The notes below the pieces were generated by a model, which saw only the letters and a program-made list of their open reading frames with translations, was not told where the DNA came from and searched no databases. A stretch of 64,000 bases of DNA from Octopus vulgaris (lineage: Eukaryota), in NCBI GenBank assembly GCA_951406725.2, contig OX597817.1, forward strand, positions 165,354,001 through 165,418,000, given 5' to 3'. How positions within the stretch are numbered: the stretch's first letter is position 1; each line of letters starts with the position of its first letter. Positions 25,121 to 39,939 of this stretch are shown here, one piece after another. A program made the position numbers and the translations under genes.

Positions 25121-26309
25121 GCATCAATATATATATATATATATATACATATATATATGAATGACATTAATTTCTTAAAATCATGCGTTGATTATATGTA
25201 AACATTTGCCACAAAATTTTTAGTTAGATTTTGGCGGTGGGGTTAGTTGATTATATCGACTCTAGTTTTCAACTGGTACTTACCTGATCGACTCCGAAAA
25301 TTCACACAAGCTTCTGGTCGACCCAGAGTTAAAGGAGAAGTGAGTTGCCTATAGTGCCATGCATTGGGATTGAACGCGAAATTATGTGATAGAATAATTA
25401 AGTATTTAACTAATTGAGACTTTTGATTCCGAACATTGCAATTTTTTCGTTATACGAAATTCTGGTGAGAAATCAAATGAAATCTTATACCCGAGAGAGG
25501 AAATCATTTGATTTATCGCCAGAATTTCATTTAATTTGGAGATAAGTACAATAGGGAAGGTATTGACATGATATATTATGAAAAAGTTGGGGGATAAACA
25601 AATTCACAGATCACTTAATTTATGGTGTTGCAACAATGTATAACAAGGAAATACTGGAGTTAGTAACGGGAAATACCTATGTAGTTGTGTCTATTAAATA
25701 CGATTTGTCATTGATAATTATAATTCATTTTCGAGGCGGTGCTTTATCATGATCACAGTTTATTGACTATAACAGGTAAAATGCGTATTTGAATAATGAT
25801 TTCTAATTTAAGACGAAGACCAACGATTCGGGAGATGGGAACAGACTATTACAAACATGGGTAATCTTTTTTTTTTCCGAGATGTGGGCCGCATGAGACA
25901 TGCCTCATCGTCAAGTGTGCCGCTCTACTAAAAAGAAAGATAATATCTTGTCAGGCCTGCCATTAAGAAGGTCTTGTGGACCGCAAGTTGTCCATGGCTT
26001 GTCTATTACAACGTGTCCGTTTTTTACCCCGGAAGTAGGAAAGACAACGTTGATGTTGGCGGGATATGAATTCAAAGTATGAAGATCCGAGACAAATACT
26101 GCAAGCAATTTCTTCGACGCTCTAACAACCCAGCTAATCAGCCCCTCTGTAAGTATGTGATAATTGTGTGGTACCATCCACAGGACTGTTGATTACATGT
26201 TTTATATAGCTAAGAATGTCTACGTTCCTCTAAACCCCAGCTCGATCAAATATGATAGGTGATTAAACATCTCGTACTACTGCAATAATATAATAGGGAT
26301 TAGTGTAAT

Positions 26310-26747
26310 CGTAGCGGCAGACGAAATACCTATTTCTTTACTACCCACAAGGGGCTAAACATAGAGGGGACAAACAAGGACAGACAAACGGATTAAGTCG
26401 ATTACATCGACCCCAGTGCGTAACTGGTACTTAATTTATCGACCCCGGAAAGATGAAAGGCAAAGTGGACCTCGGCGGAATTCGAACTCAGAACATAACG
26501 GCAGACGAAATACCTATTTCTTTACTACCCACAAGGGGCTAAACATAGAGGGGACAAACAAGGACAGACAAACGGATTAAGTCGATTACATCGACCACAG
26601 TGTGTAACTGGTACTTAATTTATCGACCCCGGAAGGATGAAAGGCAAAGTGGACCTCGGCGGAATTCGAACTCAGAACGTAACGGCAGACGAAATACCGC
26701 TAAGCATTTCTCCCAGCGTTATAACGTTTCTGCCAGCTCACCGCCGT
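26310..26747 (-). mobile_element. Tandem multimer of SINE family A
   Basis: Same GAAATACC|TATTTCTTT junctions as the other multimers. Confidence 0.85.
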
Positions 26748-27182
26748 ATAATATTAGACGTGACTAATAATTCTGCCACGTTGCTGCCATTAAATGGTTT
26801 CTAATTTTCGCAGAAGGTTAGCAGTTTTAGGGGTAGGAGTTTAGTCAACAACATCGACTCTAGCACAAGACTGGTACTTTATTTTATCGACTTCGTAAAG
26901 GGTTGAAAGGCAATGATGACCTCGGCGGGATTGGAACTGAGCACGTAGCAATTCTGAAGAAATTTCATTAAACATGTTGTCGTATTGTTTAACGATTCTG
27001 CCAGCTCGCCAAAATTGCCACGTCATTGTTGGAAAATCATGTCATGTTTCTGTGATAAGAAAAAATATATTAAAATTTTTTTCCGAAAACAGGAAAATTA
27101 TCATAAAATGTAAATAAAAAAAAACAGCAACGAGCAGAAACTCAATCACAATCTCAAAAACGATACTAAGGAAAATATTAAC

Positions 27183-27935
27183 AAATCATCAACATCATCA
27201 TCATTGCCATCATCATCATCATCATCGTCGTCGTCGTCGTCGTCATCATCATCATCATCATCATCATCATCGTCATCGTCATCATCATCGTTATCATCAC
27301 TATCATCGTTATCATCATCATCATCATCGTCATCATTATCGTCATCAACAACACCTGCCGCCGCCGCCAACACCACACCACCATCTCTCTCACCACCACC
27401 ACTACTCATCTATCATCATCATCATCGTCATCATCGTCGTCGTCGTCGTCATCATCACTATCAGCGTTTATCATCATTTTCGTCCTCAACATTACCCGCC
27501 GCCGCCACCACACCGCCATCTCTCTCACCACCACCACTACCACCACCGCTATCATCATCATCATCATCATCATCATCATCGTCATCATCGTCGTCGTCGT
27601 CACCATCACTATCATCGCTATCATCATTATCATCGTCATCATTATCGTCCTCCACCCGCCGCCGTCACCACTCCACCATCTCTCTCACCACCACCACCAC
27701 CACCACCACCACCACCACCGCTGCTATCATCATTATTATCAGTATCATAAGAGACAAGGAAAAGAAAAAAAGAAAGAAAAAAAAAAAGAAAAAAGAAACT
27801 ATGATTACAATGTCGATGACGATGGCAATAAGAACGACAGCAACGATAATAATATTAACAACAACAACAACGACAACAACAACGATAACAACAACAAAAA
27901 TAATCCACAGCAACAACAACAATAATAATAATCGA
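27183..27935. repeat. Compound trinucleotide low-complexity block (ATC/GTC/CAC/AAC)
   Basis: Seen directly; includes three repeats of a CCGCCGCC...CCATCTCTCTCACCACC unit. Confidence 0.9.
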
Positions 27936-28156
27936 GTGTGAACAAACAAAATCGAAGTGGTTTCTACAACATTGGCCCTCTTACTTCTTATCTCTATTCT
28001 CTATTTGATACTCATTTGTGTAATTTACTCACTAAAACATGGTACTTGAAGTTACAATTATATATATATATATAATGTACACACACACACACACACCGCA
28101 CATACACACACATACACACACACACACACCACACACATACACATGTATGTATGTAC

Positions 28157-28190
<34 letters not shown>

Positions 28191-28221
28191 ATGTATATAT
28201 GTATGTATATATATATGTATG

Positions 28222-28260
<39 letters not shown>

Positions 28261-28287
28261 GCATGTGTACGTATACATATATATATG

Positions 28288-28342
<55 letters not shown>

Positions 28343-28348
28343 TATATA

Positions 28349-28402
<54 letters not shown>

Positions 28403-28696
28403 AAACTTACATATATACATATACACATATATATATATATACGTATATCTATCTATTTACCTATCTATCTATCTATCTATCTCTCTCTCTCTATATATAT
28501 ATATACATACACACGCATATATATGTACACACACACAAACACCTTAAAAGTTGCTAATTTCTCTTCTTTTTCTCTAGATTTTATTTGTTGGGTTTTTGTG
28601 TACTTGGTTCATGACCCGGTGTCATATGTAAAAAGACAAACGTGGCGTACTTGATATGAAGTAGGATCACAAGTACAAAGGATTCGTGTTCTAATA

Positions 28697-28890
28697 CAGT
28701 GGTCCTCTACCTTTTATTTTGTTCACTTGCTGTACACTTATATGCTTCCCAAAATTTTGCGGCACGCTTGAACTAAGAACATAACTAAGAGTATAAGGAA
28801 AAAAAAATTATATTCAAGTTACACTGCGGCACACCCAGTATCGTCTCGTGGAACAACAGTGTGCCGCAGCACACCGGTTGCGGAGCACTG
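28697..28890. mobile_element. hAT (Charlie-like) MITE
   Basis: Termini CAGTGGTCCTCTACC...GGTTGCGGAGCACTG with internal GCGGCAC motifs. The 8-bp TSD is degenerate. Confidence 0.6.
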
Positions 28891-29155
28891 TTTGTAATAT
28901 GGCCGCAAGCAGTTTCATTGTTCATCATTTATCTTGTTTTAGTCAAGGGACTGCGGGTATGCTGGGGAGTGGGGCCCCGCCTTGAAGGGTTTTAGTGGAC
29001 CATATCGACATCGATGCTTATGCTTTTTTACAGTCTGGTATTTATTTTATAGGTCTCTTTTGCCGAAGTGCTATGTTATGGGTCCGTAGACAAACCTACA
29101 CCAGTTATGAAGCGGTATTGTGAGACAAATACAAATACACACACACATCTCTCCC

Positions 29156-29222
<67 letters not shown>

Positions 29223-29378
29223 GTCTATCTATCTATCTATCTACCTATCTACCTATCTGTCTATCTATATATCTATCTATCAAGCTGTCTATATGTCTGT
29301 CTGTCTGTTTAACTGACTAGCTGGAGAGTTATTACTCTTTCCCCCTCTTTCTCTGACTCTATCTATCTATCTATCTAC

Positions 29379-29461
<83 letters not shown>

Positions 29462-29699
29462 ACCACTTGAAAAGGAAAGTGAGAGTAGAGAGGCAAGTTT
29501 TGTCTAGCGAATGTTTTAAAAAAAGATGGGTGAATGTAGCAAGGATGGCACGTATGAATGACGAAGCCACCTTGAGCATAATCCTATGAACTCAGAAATT
29601 GAAAACAGAGGGTTACCCACTTGCAAACAAATGTGGTAACATATAACAATATTGACCAAGGTTACGGTGGTCTTTTTCGTAGGCTTTTCTTCCCACAGA

Positions 29700-30039
29700 T
29701 AAACCTTACTTGCTTTCCCCTTTACACCATATATCATAACACTGTGATACACGATCCCTATTGATCGTTTTTTTCCTCTTCCCCTTTTTTCCCCTTTTTT
29801 TCTTCTTTTTTCATTTCTCTTTTCTTTTGTTCCTTTTTTTTATTTTTTATTTTTTTATTTTTTATTTTTTATTTTTTTTATTTTTATTTTCTTCCCTTTT
29901 ACGATCCCTCTTGATCGAAAACCTACGCCACCCCCTTTTTTTGTTTCTTTTGTTTTTTGTTTTCTTCATCCCCCAAAAGAAAAGCTCTACCTTGTAACTT
30001 GTCCCATCTGTGTGCAGCCCTGTGTGGCCAATAAAGAAA
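29700..30039 (+). mobile_element. Probable LINE 3' UTR remnant (T-rich tract, ends CAGCCCTGTGTGGCCAATAAAGAAA) next to (CTAT)n
   Basis: LINE-like terminal AATAAA tail; no coding part recognised, so the clade is uncertain. Confidence 0.45.
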
Positions 30040-30040
30040 C

Positions 30041-30116
<76 letters not shown>

Positions 30117-30123
30117 ATCTATA

Positions 30124-30179
<56 letters not shown>

Positions 30180-31099
30180 TACGACAAGCTTCTTTCAATT
30201 TCCGTCTATGAACTTCACTTAACATAACCTCGGTCAGTCCGACACTATACCACAAGATACTTCTCCACCAGAAACGATGTCGCTGCGACACAGAGCTCTG
30301 TATCTCTCTCATTTAAGAGGGTAGGGTTAGGTTTGATGGAAATTTGGCTGGTATTTCTAAATCGTGTTTCAAACGTGTATTTAGGACTGCATTATCTAGA
30401 ATGTCCTGTTCTTACTTACGATGTTAGGGTGTGATATGAAAGAAATTTGGTTTCCATTTCTAGTGGACCACGAGACGTCGTACAAACACTCCCAATGTCC
30501 TCAGAACCAAACGTCTTAATTTACAATGATCGTATCTTGACATACAGCCATATTACTGAAGTTACATCTGATCAGTCTGTGAGAAATGTATGTAATTATA
30601 CTATATACGTCCTTTCCCAGCCCAACCTGATGTTTTTAATTGACCCTGCCATTGAATTTAGAGACGATTTCATGCCTACCCATGTCTCATAGCAAATAGA
30701 AACAACATATTATAATACTGTAATAGAATAGCTATAACAAGAAAAAATTATATATATATATGTATGTCAGTTTGTTTGCGTATGTGTGCGTGTTTGCGTG
30801 AGCGGACAGGCCCGTGTGTGTGAGTCTATATGCACACACATAGATTAATACGTCCATATGTGTGAATGTGCGTGTCATATATGTATGTACACACACACAC
30901 ACGCGCACACAGACACACACACAAACATATGTACATGTATATGTATGCACATACGCACACACATATTTGTATGAAAATGTATGCATGTATGAATGTATGT
31001 ATCTGGAGTCGTGTGTAGTAAATTTTGCAGTTAAAATATGCATTAATTTGTAACTTTATAGGTCGCTCGGTTTCTCTGTTTTGAGGTGTCTATAACTAT

Positions 31100-31133
<34 letters not shown>

Positions 31134-31222
31134 GCACACACACATATTTATATGTATATATGTATGTGCTTGTATGTACCTATGTATGTGTAAATGTGTT
31201 TGTGTCTATGTATGCATGTGTG

Positions 31223-31256
<34 letters not shown>

Positions 31257-31300
31257 TACACATACACAGAAGCACACAAATACACACATATACACACTCA

Positions 31301-31336
<36 letters not shown>

Positions 31337-33569
31337 AACACACACACACACAGCTATCCGTATGTTTATACAATACACGTAGGTGAATATTTCTGTAATT
31401 TCATGCACGTGGATATGCATTGAATTGGCCCTTTTTTATTCCAAGCCAAGCAGTCACATCTCTGAATTTTCTACCTACGTTCCGTCTTAAAACAGCCATA
31501 CAATTTATTCAGCGTGTCATTCTGAGGTCATTAACTAACATCTAACATTTTTGACATCTCAAGCAAAGTTTCTCCTGAGATCTTAATGTCGCAGCCACCC
31601 AAAGTCATTCACCTTCTCATTTGAAATTTTCATTAGTTTTTTTTTGTTTGTTTTTTAATCCACAAATAATTCACATGGATATGTTAAAAGTCATTAAAGG
31701 AACTTTAACCTATCATACTATAGTCAGTACATCATTCTTAATTTCCATCCCAATTTATTCAAAGCAAAGATGAGCACACCCTGAAGTTGTTTTTTATTTG
31801 TTAGATTCGTGTCTTTTCTTCTTGTTGTTGTCTGCGGTGATGTAGTTTTTGTTGTCGTAGTCGTTTAGTGACCAGGTTATATTTCACGAAACGGACACCA
31901 ATAATCGAATATGTTCCAGTTATGACCCTCCTGTCTGTTATTCAGGAAAATACATTCACTGATTTTGTAAATGGTTCGAAAGATTCTTTATGTGAACTCG
32001 TGTTTTGAAACAATTCAGAAACAAATTTGTTGTATCTCGGAAGGGTCATTATGCCAACAGTAAACACACACACACACTGGTTCTATTTCACTTCTTTTGT
32101 TACGATTATTAGTCGACTGAAGGCGGCGAGCTGGCAGAATTGTTAGTGCGCCGGGTAAAATGCTTAACAGCATTATCGTCCGTCTTTACGTTGTAAGTTC
32201 AAATTCTACCGAGGACGACTTGCCTTTCATCCTTCGGGATCGATGAAATAAGTACCAGTCAATCATTGGGGTTGATGTCATCGACTAACTCCTTCTCCTA
32301 AAATTTCAGGGCTTGTGTCTACAACAGAAAGGATAATCATAAGTCGATTGCAGGTGGGGATCTGGTACAATTGTAACACAATGAACTTCTTGAAGGATCC
32401 ACGGACAATTTGGTTGCAAATGCAATGACTCAGTTATCGAAAAGATAGTATCAAATACACGCATTGTTTTCTAGGTATGGCTTTGTGTTCAGTTCTACCA
32501 CGCAGCACCTTGGACAAGTGTCCTTTACTCTAGACCCCGGAAGAGCAAAGCATTGTGAGGGAATTTGGTAGACAGAAACTTGCCTTTCATCCTTTCGGAG
32601 TACCAGTTACGCACTGGGGTCGATATAATCGACTTAATCTGTTTGTCTGTCCTTGTTTGTGCGCGCGCATGTCCTTGTGTTTGTCCAACCTATATCTTGA
32701 CAACCGGTGTTTAACTACCTGTAACGTAGCGGTTCAGAAAAAAGATGCAGTAGAGTAAGTGCCAAAGTAAAAAGAAGAAAAAAAAGGTACTGGACGCATT
32801 TAATTGTCTAAACCCTTCTAGCTGGTGTTCCAGCATGGCTACAGTCCAAAGACTAAAACAGACAAAAGTGTGAAAAATTTAAGAATTTTTTTGAGTAAGA
32901 TGTCTGAAGAATAGCAAAAGAAAGCTAAATTAGACGTTATAGCTGCAAGAGGTATGGCACAACAGATGTAACAAAACAGATCTGGATTCTAAATTATTGT
33001 ACAAGATATTCGAAGCAAGGGACCAAAACGCATACAGTTTTTGGAGGCAACGCGAGTGTTTTGTAAAATAATATCTTTTTCAGGATGTAGTTAGCAAGTT
33101 ATCTTTGAATCTGATACGATTTTCTACAGGGAGGTTAGAAGAAATGTCTTCCCCGTTGGTTATCTAAAGATAGTCAAAGGATGGATATTATTGGTTTCAA
33201 ATTTTGTCTCAAGGCCAGTAATTGCAGGGAATGGGATAAGTCGATTAGATCGACTCCGGTGTTCAATTGTTTTTTATTTTATCGACCCCGAAAGGATTAA
33301 CGACATAAAGACTTCGGCGAAATTTGAACTCAGGACATAAGGACGGACGAAATATCGCTAAGCATTTCGCTTGGAGTGCTAACGATTCTTATTTCTTTAT
33401 TGCCCACAAGGGCAAAACATAGAGGGGACAAGCAAGGGCAAAGGGATTAAGTTGATTACACCGACTCCTGTGCGCAACTGGTACTTAATTTATCGACCCC
33501 GAAAGCATGAAAGGCAAAGTCGACCTCGACGGAATTTGAACTCAGAACGTAGTGGCAGACGAAATACGG

Positions 33570-33870
33570 TTCCTCCGGTAGAGCTCTGTAATAACGTTAC
33601 TTGACTGGGTACATAGATCGGAGATCAAAGAGTCTCTCCTGGTCGATCGGATACTTCTCCGCATTGTGAGGTCACAGTTCCGACACAACGGACATGTGAT
33701 TAGAATGTCACTGGAAAAATAAATCGCGAGACGGATTCTTCAAGCCAAACCAAAAACGTGATAGACAGGATCCATAGTCTCAGCTGGCCACACTTGGAAA
33801 TGCTTCCAGAAAGTATAATGACGGCTGCTTTTGAAAGAACCCAATGGATGGGGTACTTGAGGATTCTATC
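33570..33870 (+). mobile_element. Decayed RTE-like LINE fragment
   Basis: Translates to LLRIVRSQ..GHVIRMS...IARRILQAKP. Confidence 0.55.
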
Positions 33871-34695
33871 CCTATTACCCTCCCTAGTATAGAGGACGGA
33901 GAAGGATGAGTGGATGGAAGTGAATTCCTGAAGGTTGACGTTCTGAAGAGAAAGGACTGAATATAGTGATTCGTGTGACACAACATGTATGCCGGGAGAA
34001 GGCGAGATGATAGAGGCAGCAACAGATCTATTAGTCCCCAACAGAAATGCAATTGTACAAGCGAAAGAAAGCAGAGTACAGTGTCGTTACATTTGTAGAC
34101 CGGAGGCTAGAGACTGTTGGTAAACAGTAGCTCTTTTTAGGATGCTTCTTCTTGTATTAGATCTTTGCTATCGAACTTCTATAAGAATGAACCGGTATCC
34201 TATTTCTTTACTACCCACAAGGGGCTAAACACAGAATGGACAAACAACGACAGGCAAACGGATTAAGTCGATTATATCGACCTCAGTGCGTAACTGGTAC
34301 TTAATTTATCGACCCCGAAAGGATGAAAGGCAAAGTCGACCTCGGCGGAATTTGAACTCAGAATGTAACGTCAGATGAACCAGTATCCGTCAATTTGCTA
34401 TTTCTATCTACGAAGCCCAAGAAGTAAATATGCAGTAATAAGTTGTGCGAAACAGGGTTTATTTTTTAAAAATACCTGAGGAAACACATCTACACCGAAG
34501 GATACACCTAAAGCAGTTGTGCAGTATCCCACACGCGCGGGATCGATGCTAGATATATGGAAACGACTGTAGTGATCAGTAAAGATACTCGTATATTTCA
34601 TCTTCCATCTGTTTCATTTACCACATACCCAACGAACCATTGAACGTGCTTTACCGGCAAACTACCAGGTGTATACTATAAGATTTATTAATTAT

Positions 34696-34751
<56 letters not shown>

Positions 34752-34829
34752 CATATATGTATATTTATATTTATATGTTTATATATGTATATTTATAAAT
34801 ATATATATGTATATATTTATATATGTATA

Positions 34830-34868
<39 letters not shown>

Positions 34869-34966
34869 GCATGTGCATTTTTTGATGTCCTGTACACATA
34901 TATGCATGTATATATACATATATATGTAGGTATGTACATATATGTATGTATATATGCATATATTTT

Positions 34967-34997
<31 letters not shown>

Positions 34998-35963
34998 CAT
35001 AGGTATATATAAATTAAGATACATTTTTATCCTTTTTTATTTGTTCCAATAATGGGATTAAGGCTCTATCGTGCCTTGAGGAGTTTAGTCGAACAAATTT
35101 ACGCCAATTGTAATGACTTTTGAATCTTGTACATATTCTATTGGTCAGTTTTGCCGAATCCCTAAATTACGAGGACGTAAACAAACCAACGCTGGTTATC
35201 AACACACGGAAACACCTCCCTCCCACGCACACACATATATACGATGGATTTCCATACATTTTCCGTTCACCAGATTCACTCACAAACTATCAGCCTTTAC
35301 AAAGCAAAGACGAAAAAGGCATGATCAGTCAACAGAAAAGCCATCAAATCGTTGATGCTCGATATGGCGCCCATGTCTTTTCCCGAAAAAGAATTTGCGT
35401 CTTTAGAGACCAAGCGTTATTCTAAATTAGAAATCGAAACCAGATCACTGACTCTTTTGCTAACCTTAGTCCTCGGCACTTGGTCCACATTCTACAGACA
35501 TTGCTGATAACCAGTTTGTTACATCCGTGTTCTTTGAACTCGTTAATCAGTGATTGACTAGAAAACAACATTGACGACAACAACAACAACAACAACAATA
35601 ATAATGAGTGAAATAACAGAAGAAGAAGAACAACAACAATAACAACAGCAACAACAACAAGAAGAGAAACAACGACGATGCAATAACAATGATTTCATGG
35701 CAGATAACCTAAATATGCATCACATTTAACTAAAGTCCTAATAAATCGAGGTTCATGGAAAAATTTTGAGAAGGCGTATTCAGTGATGTTAGAACAATAG
35801 TTTATATACAGTGTAGCGCTTAATATCACCGTGTCCGACCAGGCTATCAGATGTTGCTATACATCGCTGGTCACAATGCGCTTCGCAATGTCTTAGCCTT
35901 CAAATGACGCCACCCCGCTGGCTAAACGAGCAGGCTAGTAGCTCTTAGTATATGATGTAAGAA

Positions 35964-36555
35964 AGGCGGCGAAATGGCACAAAACGTTATCACGCCGGGC
36001 GATATGCTTAGCGGTATTTCTACTGCCGCTACGCTCTGAGTTCAAATTCCGCCAAGGTCGACTTTGCCTTTCATCCTTTCGGGGTCTATTAAATAAGTAC
36101 CAGTGACGCACTGGGGTCGATATAATCGACTTAGTCTGTTTGTCTGACCTTGTTTGTCCCCTCTGTGTGTAGCCTCTTTTGTGGGTAGTAAAGAAATAGG
36201 TATTTCGTCTGCCGCTACGTTCTGAGTTCAAATTCCGCCGAGTTCGACTCTGCCTTTTATCCTTTCGGGGTCGATTAAATAAGTACCAGTTACGCGCACT
36301 GGGGTCGACATAATCGACTGAATCCGTTTGTCTGTCCTTGTTTGTCCCCTCTGTGTTTAGCCCCTTGTGGGTAGTAAAGAAATAGGTATTTCGCCTGTTT
36401 TTACGTTCTGAGTTCAAATTTCGTCGAGGTCGACTTTGCCTTTCATCCTTTCCTGGTCGATAAATTAAGTACCAGTTGCGTACTGGGGTCAATCTAATCG
36501 ACTGGACCCCTCCACAAACATTTTGAGCCTTGTGTCTAGAGTAGAAAAGAATATA
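35964..36555 (+). mobile_element. Tandem trimer of SINE family A
   Basis: Head plus three bodies; the last body has the alternative tail ...CCTTGTGTCTAGAGTAGAAAAG. Confidence 0.88.
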
Positions 36556-37851
36556 CTGGGGTCGATATGAATTGAGAATTTTGAAGGCAGCGATCCGGCA
36601 GAATCGTTGGCACGACGGGCAAAATTCTTAGCGGCATTTTGTCTATCAGCACGTTCTGCATTCGACATTCACTTTCATTCCTTATGGTAGTAGATACAAT
36701 AAGTACCCAACTGACTGGAGTCGATGTAATTTCATTTAACTCCTCCACTGTACTTGGCGTGGAGTCAAAATCTGAAACCGATACTTGATGTAAAAACTTG
36801 TAAGGCGACGAGCTGGCAGAATCGTTAGCATGCTGGGCAAAATGCTTAGCAGCACCTTGTCCGTTCTCCTTTACGTTCGGAGTTCAATCTCCGTCAAGGT
36901 CGACTTTGCCTTTCAACCTTTCGGGGTAGATAAAATAATGTCAGTTGAGCACTGACGTCGGTGTAATAGGCTTACCTGCTTCCCCAATCTTGCTGGCCCT
37001 GTGAAACCAATAAATTATGAAAGAATTTTTTTATATTAACTGTAAACAGAAATAAAGGTGTGAATACAAGTAGTTGTATGTTACGCTAAGGTCAAGTACA
37101 AGTCAATGAAAATGATGTAAATAGAAAATAACTGATAACAATTCAAGTCTTTTGAAGCTCCTCGTGGGTACGGCTCATGGCGCAGGTATGACTGTGTGGT
37201 TAGGAGACTGTCTTTACAACCTGGTGGTTTCGAGTTCAGTTCCACTTCGCGGTTCCTTTAGCAAGTGTCTTCTAATATAGCCCTGGGATGCCCAATCGTT
37301 CTAAGTGAATTTGATAGACTGGAAATTGTGTGACCGAAGAATATATTGTCGGTATTTTGACTAAAGAGATCTGAGTTCAATATCTGTCACAGTCGTTTTG
37401 TTATGAGATGTGGGGCGGTAAATGATTGAAACGGGATGGCAGTTTGTAACTGTATAGGTTATCTATAGTGTTTTGATACGCGTAGCGGATGTAGTTGTAC
37501 TGGTCAAAATCACCAATGAACAAAGACCTTCAAGGTGGAATCTCTCGTGACGACTACATTTTTCCTCATATTCTTCTGGTTTTTGATATAAAATTCCCTA
37601 GGGCGGTGTCATCCTAAAGCTCCCTCAGAACCTCAAATATGAAGTGTGCTTTAAACCGTTAATCCCAACACATTTTTTTCTATCTCCGGTTTTTCGTTCT
37701 CTCTCCATTATTTTTCCATTCTCTCGAAGAGCGTAAGCTCAAAACGTCAAAAACTTTTTTCATTCTTCTTGGGCGGCGTCAAACTAATACACCTGTTTGT
37801 TGTTCCCATACCTGTCTTCGTCTTTTCTTTTCTATAGATTTAAACCATGTG

Positions 37852-37887
<36 letters not shown>

Positions 37888-37892
37888 CATAT

Positions 37893-38300
37893 AGCCGCAG
37901 GAGTGGCTGTGTGGTAAGTAGCTTGCTTACCAACCACATGGTTCCAGGTTCATTCTCACTGCAACTTGGGCAAGTTTCTTCTACTATAGCCTCGTGCCGA
38001 CCAAAGCTTTGTGAGTGGATTTGGTAGAGGAAACTGAAGGAAGCCCGTCGTATATATGTATATATATATATGTGTGTATGTGTGTGTTTGTGTGTCTGTG
38101 TTTGTCCCTCCCCAACATCGCTTGACAACCGATGGTGATGTGTTTACGTCCCCGTAACTTAGCGGTTCGACAAAAGAGACCGATAGAATAAGTACTGGGC
38201 TTCCAAAGAATAAGTCCCGGGGTCGATTTGCTCAGCTAAAGGCGGTGCTCCAGCATGGCTGCTGTCAAATGACTGAAACAAGTAAAAGAGTAAAAGAGTA
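37893..38300 (+). mobile_element. Full-length SINE family B
   Basis: GCAGGAGTGGCTGTGTGGTAAG head, internal microsatellite and (GTAAAAGA) tail. Confidence 0.9.
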
Positions 38301-38759
38301 GAGTAAATATGTATGTATATGACGTGTTATCACTTCTAAACAGTCATTTTAAAGGTCTGGGAGCCTGGGAAACTGAAAGTAACTGAAAGATAGTCTGTTT
38401 GAAGTATGTTGAAGTAAATCCTTTTGACCACCGGAGTTTGAACTCGGTACTTATTCACCTAACAAGTTTACTATCACGTGTTATTTTGTTTCTAGTTAAA
38501 ACTGGCTGAAGGTTGGGCCAACAATAGAAGATTCCTTATCAGAAAAAAAACTTTGTTCTTAGGTTTCCTTATGAGCACTCGACCTCAATATATTGTTTAA
38601 TTTCCCTCTGTTTGATTTTGTCAGTTGTTTTTATTTTTAAAAAAACATAAAAAAACAACGCGTCTCCTTTCAAATTGTGGTTTGCTCCGTTCCCACGCCA
38701 AAATATAGACTCGTTAGAAAAAAATTGAAAAATAGAAATAAAGCACAATAAAATAAAAT

Positions 38760-39145
38760 AATCCTTCCCACTATAGACACAAAACCGGAAATTTGGGGGT
38801 GAGGGGGCTTGTCGATTACATCGACCCGAGTGTTTAACCGGTACTGTTTATTCGAACCCCAAAAGGATGAAAAGCAATGTCGACCTCGGCGGAATTTGAA
38901 TTCAGAGCGTAAAGAGAGCCGAAATATCGCGAAGCATTTCGCCCGGCGTGCTAACGTTTCTGCCAGCTAACCACCTTATCCCTTAGAGCATTCTAAGGGA
39001 CCACAAGGCGGTGAGCTGGCAGAAACATTAGCGCGCCGGGCGAAATGTTTAGCAGCATTTCGTCTGTCTTTATGCTCTGAATTCAAATTCTGATGAGGTC
39101 GACTTTGCCTTTCATCCTTTCGGGGCCGATAAGTTAAGTACAAGT
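38760..39145. mobile_element. Head-to-head pair of family A SINEs
   Basis: Nearly the same spacer as at 5542-5570. Confidence 0.8.
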
Positions 39146-39429
39146 AGAATTTGAAGTCCGGACGTAATGATGTTAGGCATTTCGCCTGGCGTGCTAACAA
39201 TTCTGTCAACTCACCGCCTCATAATAAAACAAAATAAAATAATAAAATATGTTTGAGATTTAACTTATCTATTTCATACTTCTCACATCTTCAGAGGTAT
39301 GAAATAAAGAAAGTCTTGGAGTGATTTCTATTATTAATGAAATTTGACTGATTGCTGTCTAAGATTTACATGAAGAGAATATGTTTCTGTGGAATATTCA
39401 ACCACTTATAGTATTATTCATTGGTAGTT

Positions 39430-39840
39430 GCAGGAGTTGCTGCGTGGTAAGTAAATTGCTTACCAGCCACATGGTTCCGGGTTCAGTCCCTTGGGTAAGT
39501 GTCTTCTACTATAGCCTCGGGCCGACCAAAGCCTTTTGAGTGGATTTGGTAGCCGGAAACTGAAAGAAGTCCGTCGTATATATGTATGTATATATATATA
39601 TATATATATATACGTATGTGTATATGTTTGTGTGTCTGTTTTTGTCCTCTCAACATCGCTTGACAACCGATGCTGGTGTGTTTACGTCCCCGTAACTTAG
39701 CGGTTCGGCATAAGAGCCCGATAGAATAAGTACTAGGCTTACAAAGAATAGGTCCTGGGGTCGATTTGCTCGACTAAAGGCAGTGCTCCAGCATGGCCGC
39801 AGTCAACCGAAACTAGTAAAAGAGTAAAAGAGAGTAAAGA
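39430..39840 (+). mobile_element. SINE family B
   Basis: Matches the other family B copies. Confidence 0.88.
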
Positions 39841-39939
39841 GAGCAGCTCAACTGATACAAAGGAAACGTGAGCAGGGAAAGGCTTCTAAAGAGTTGAACT
39901 TCTGGCAACAGAAGTTATATATAGTATCTAGCATTATAT

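Noticed and set aside
35935-36492. 185-aa ORF with repeated [26 protein letters not shown]
   Set aside because: Antisense translation of SINE family A multimers.
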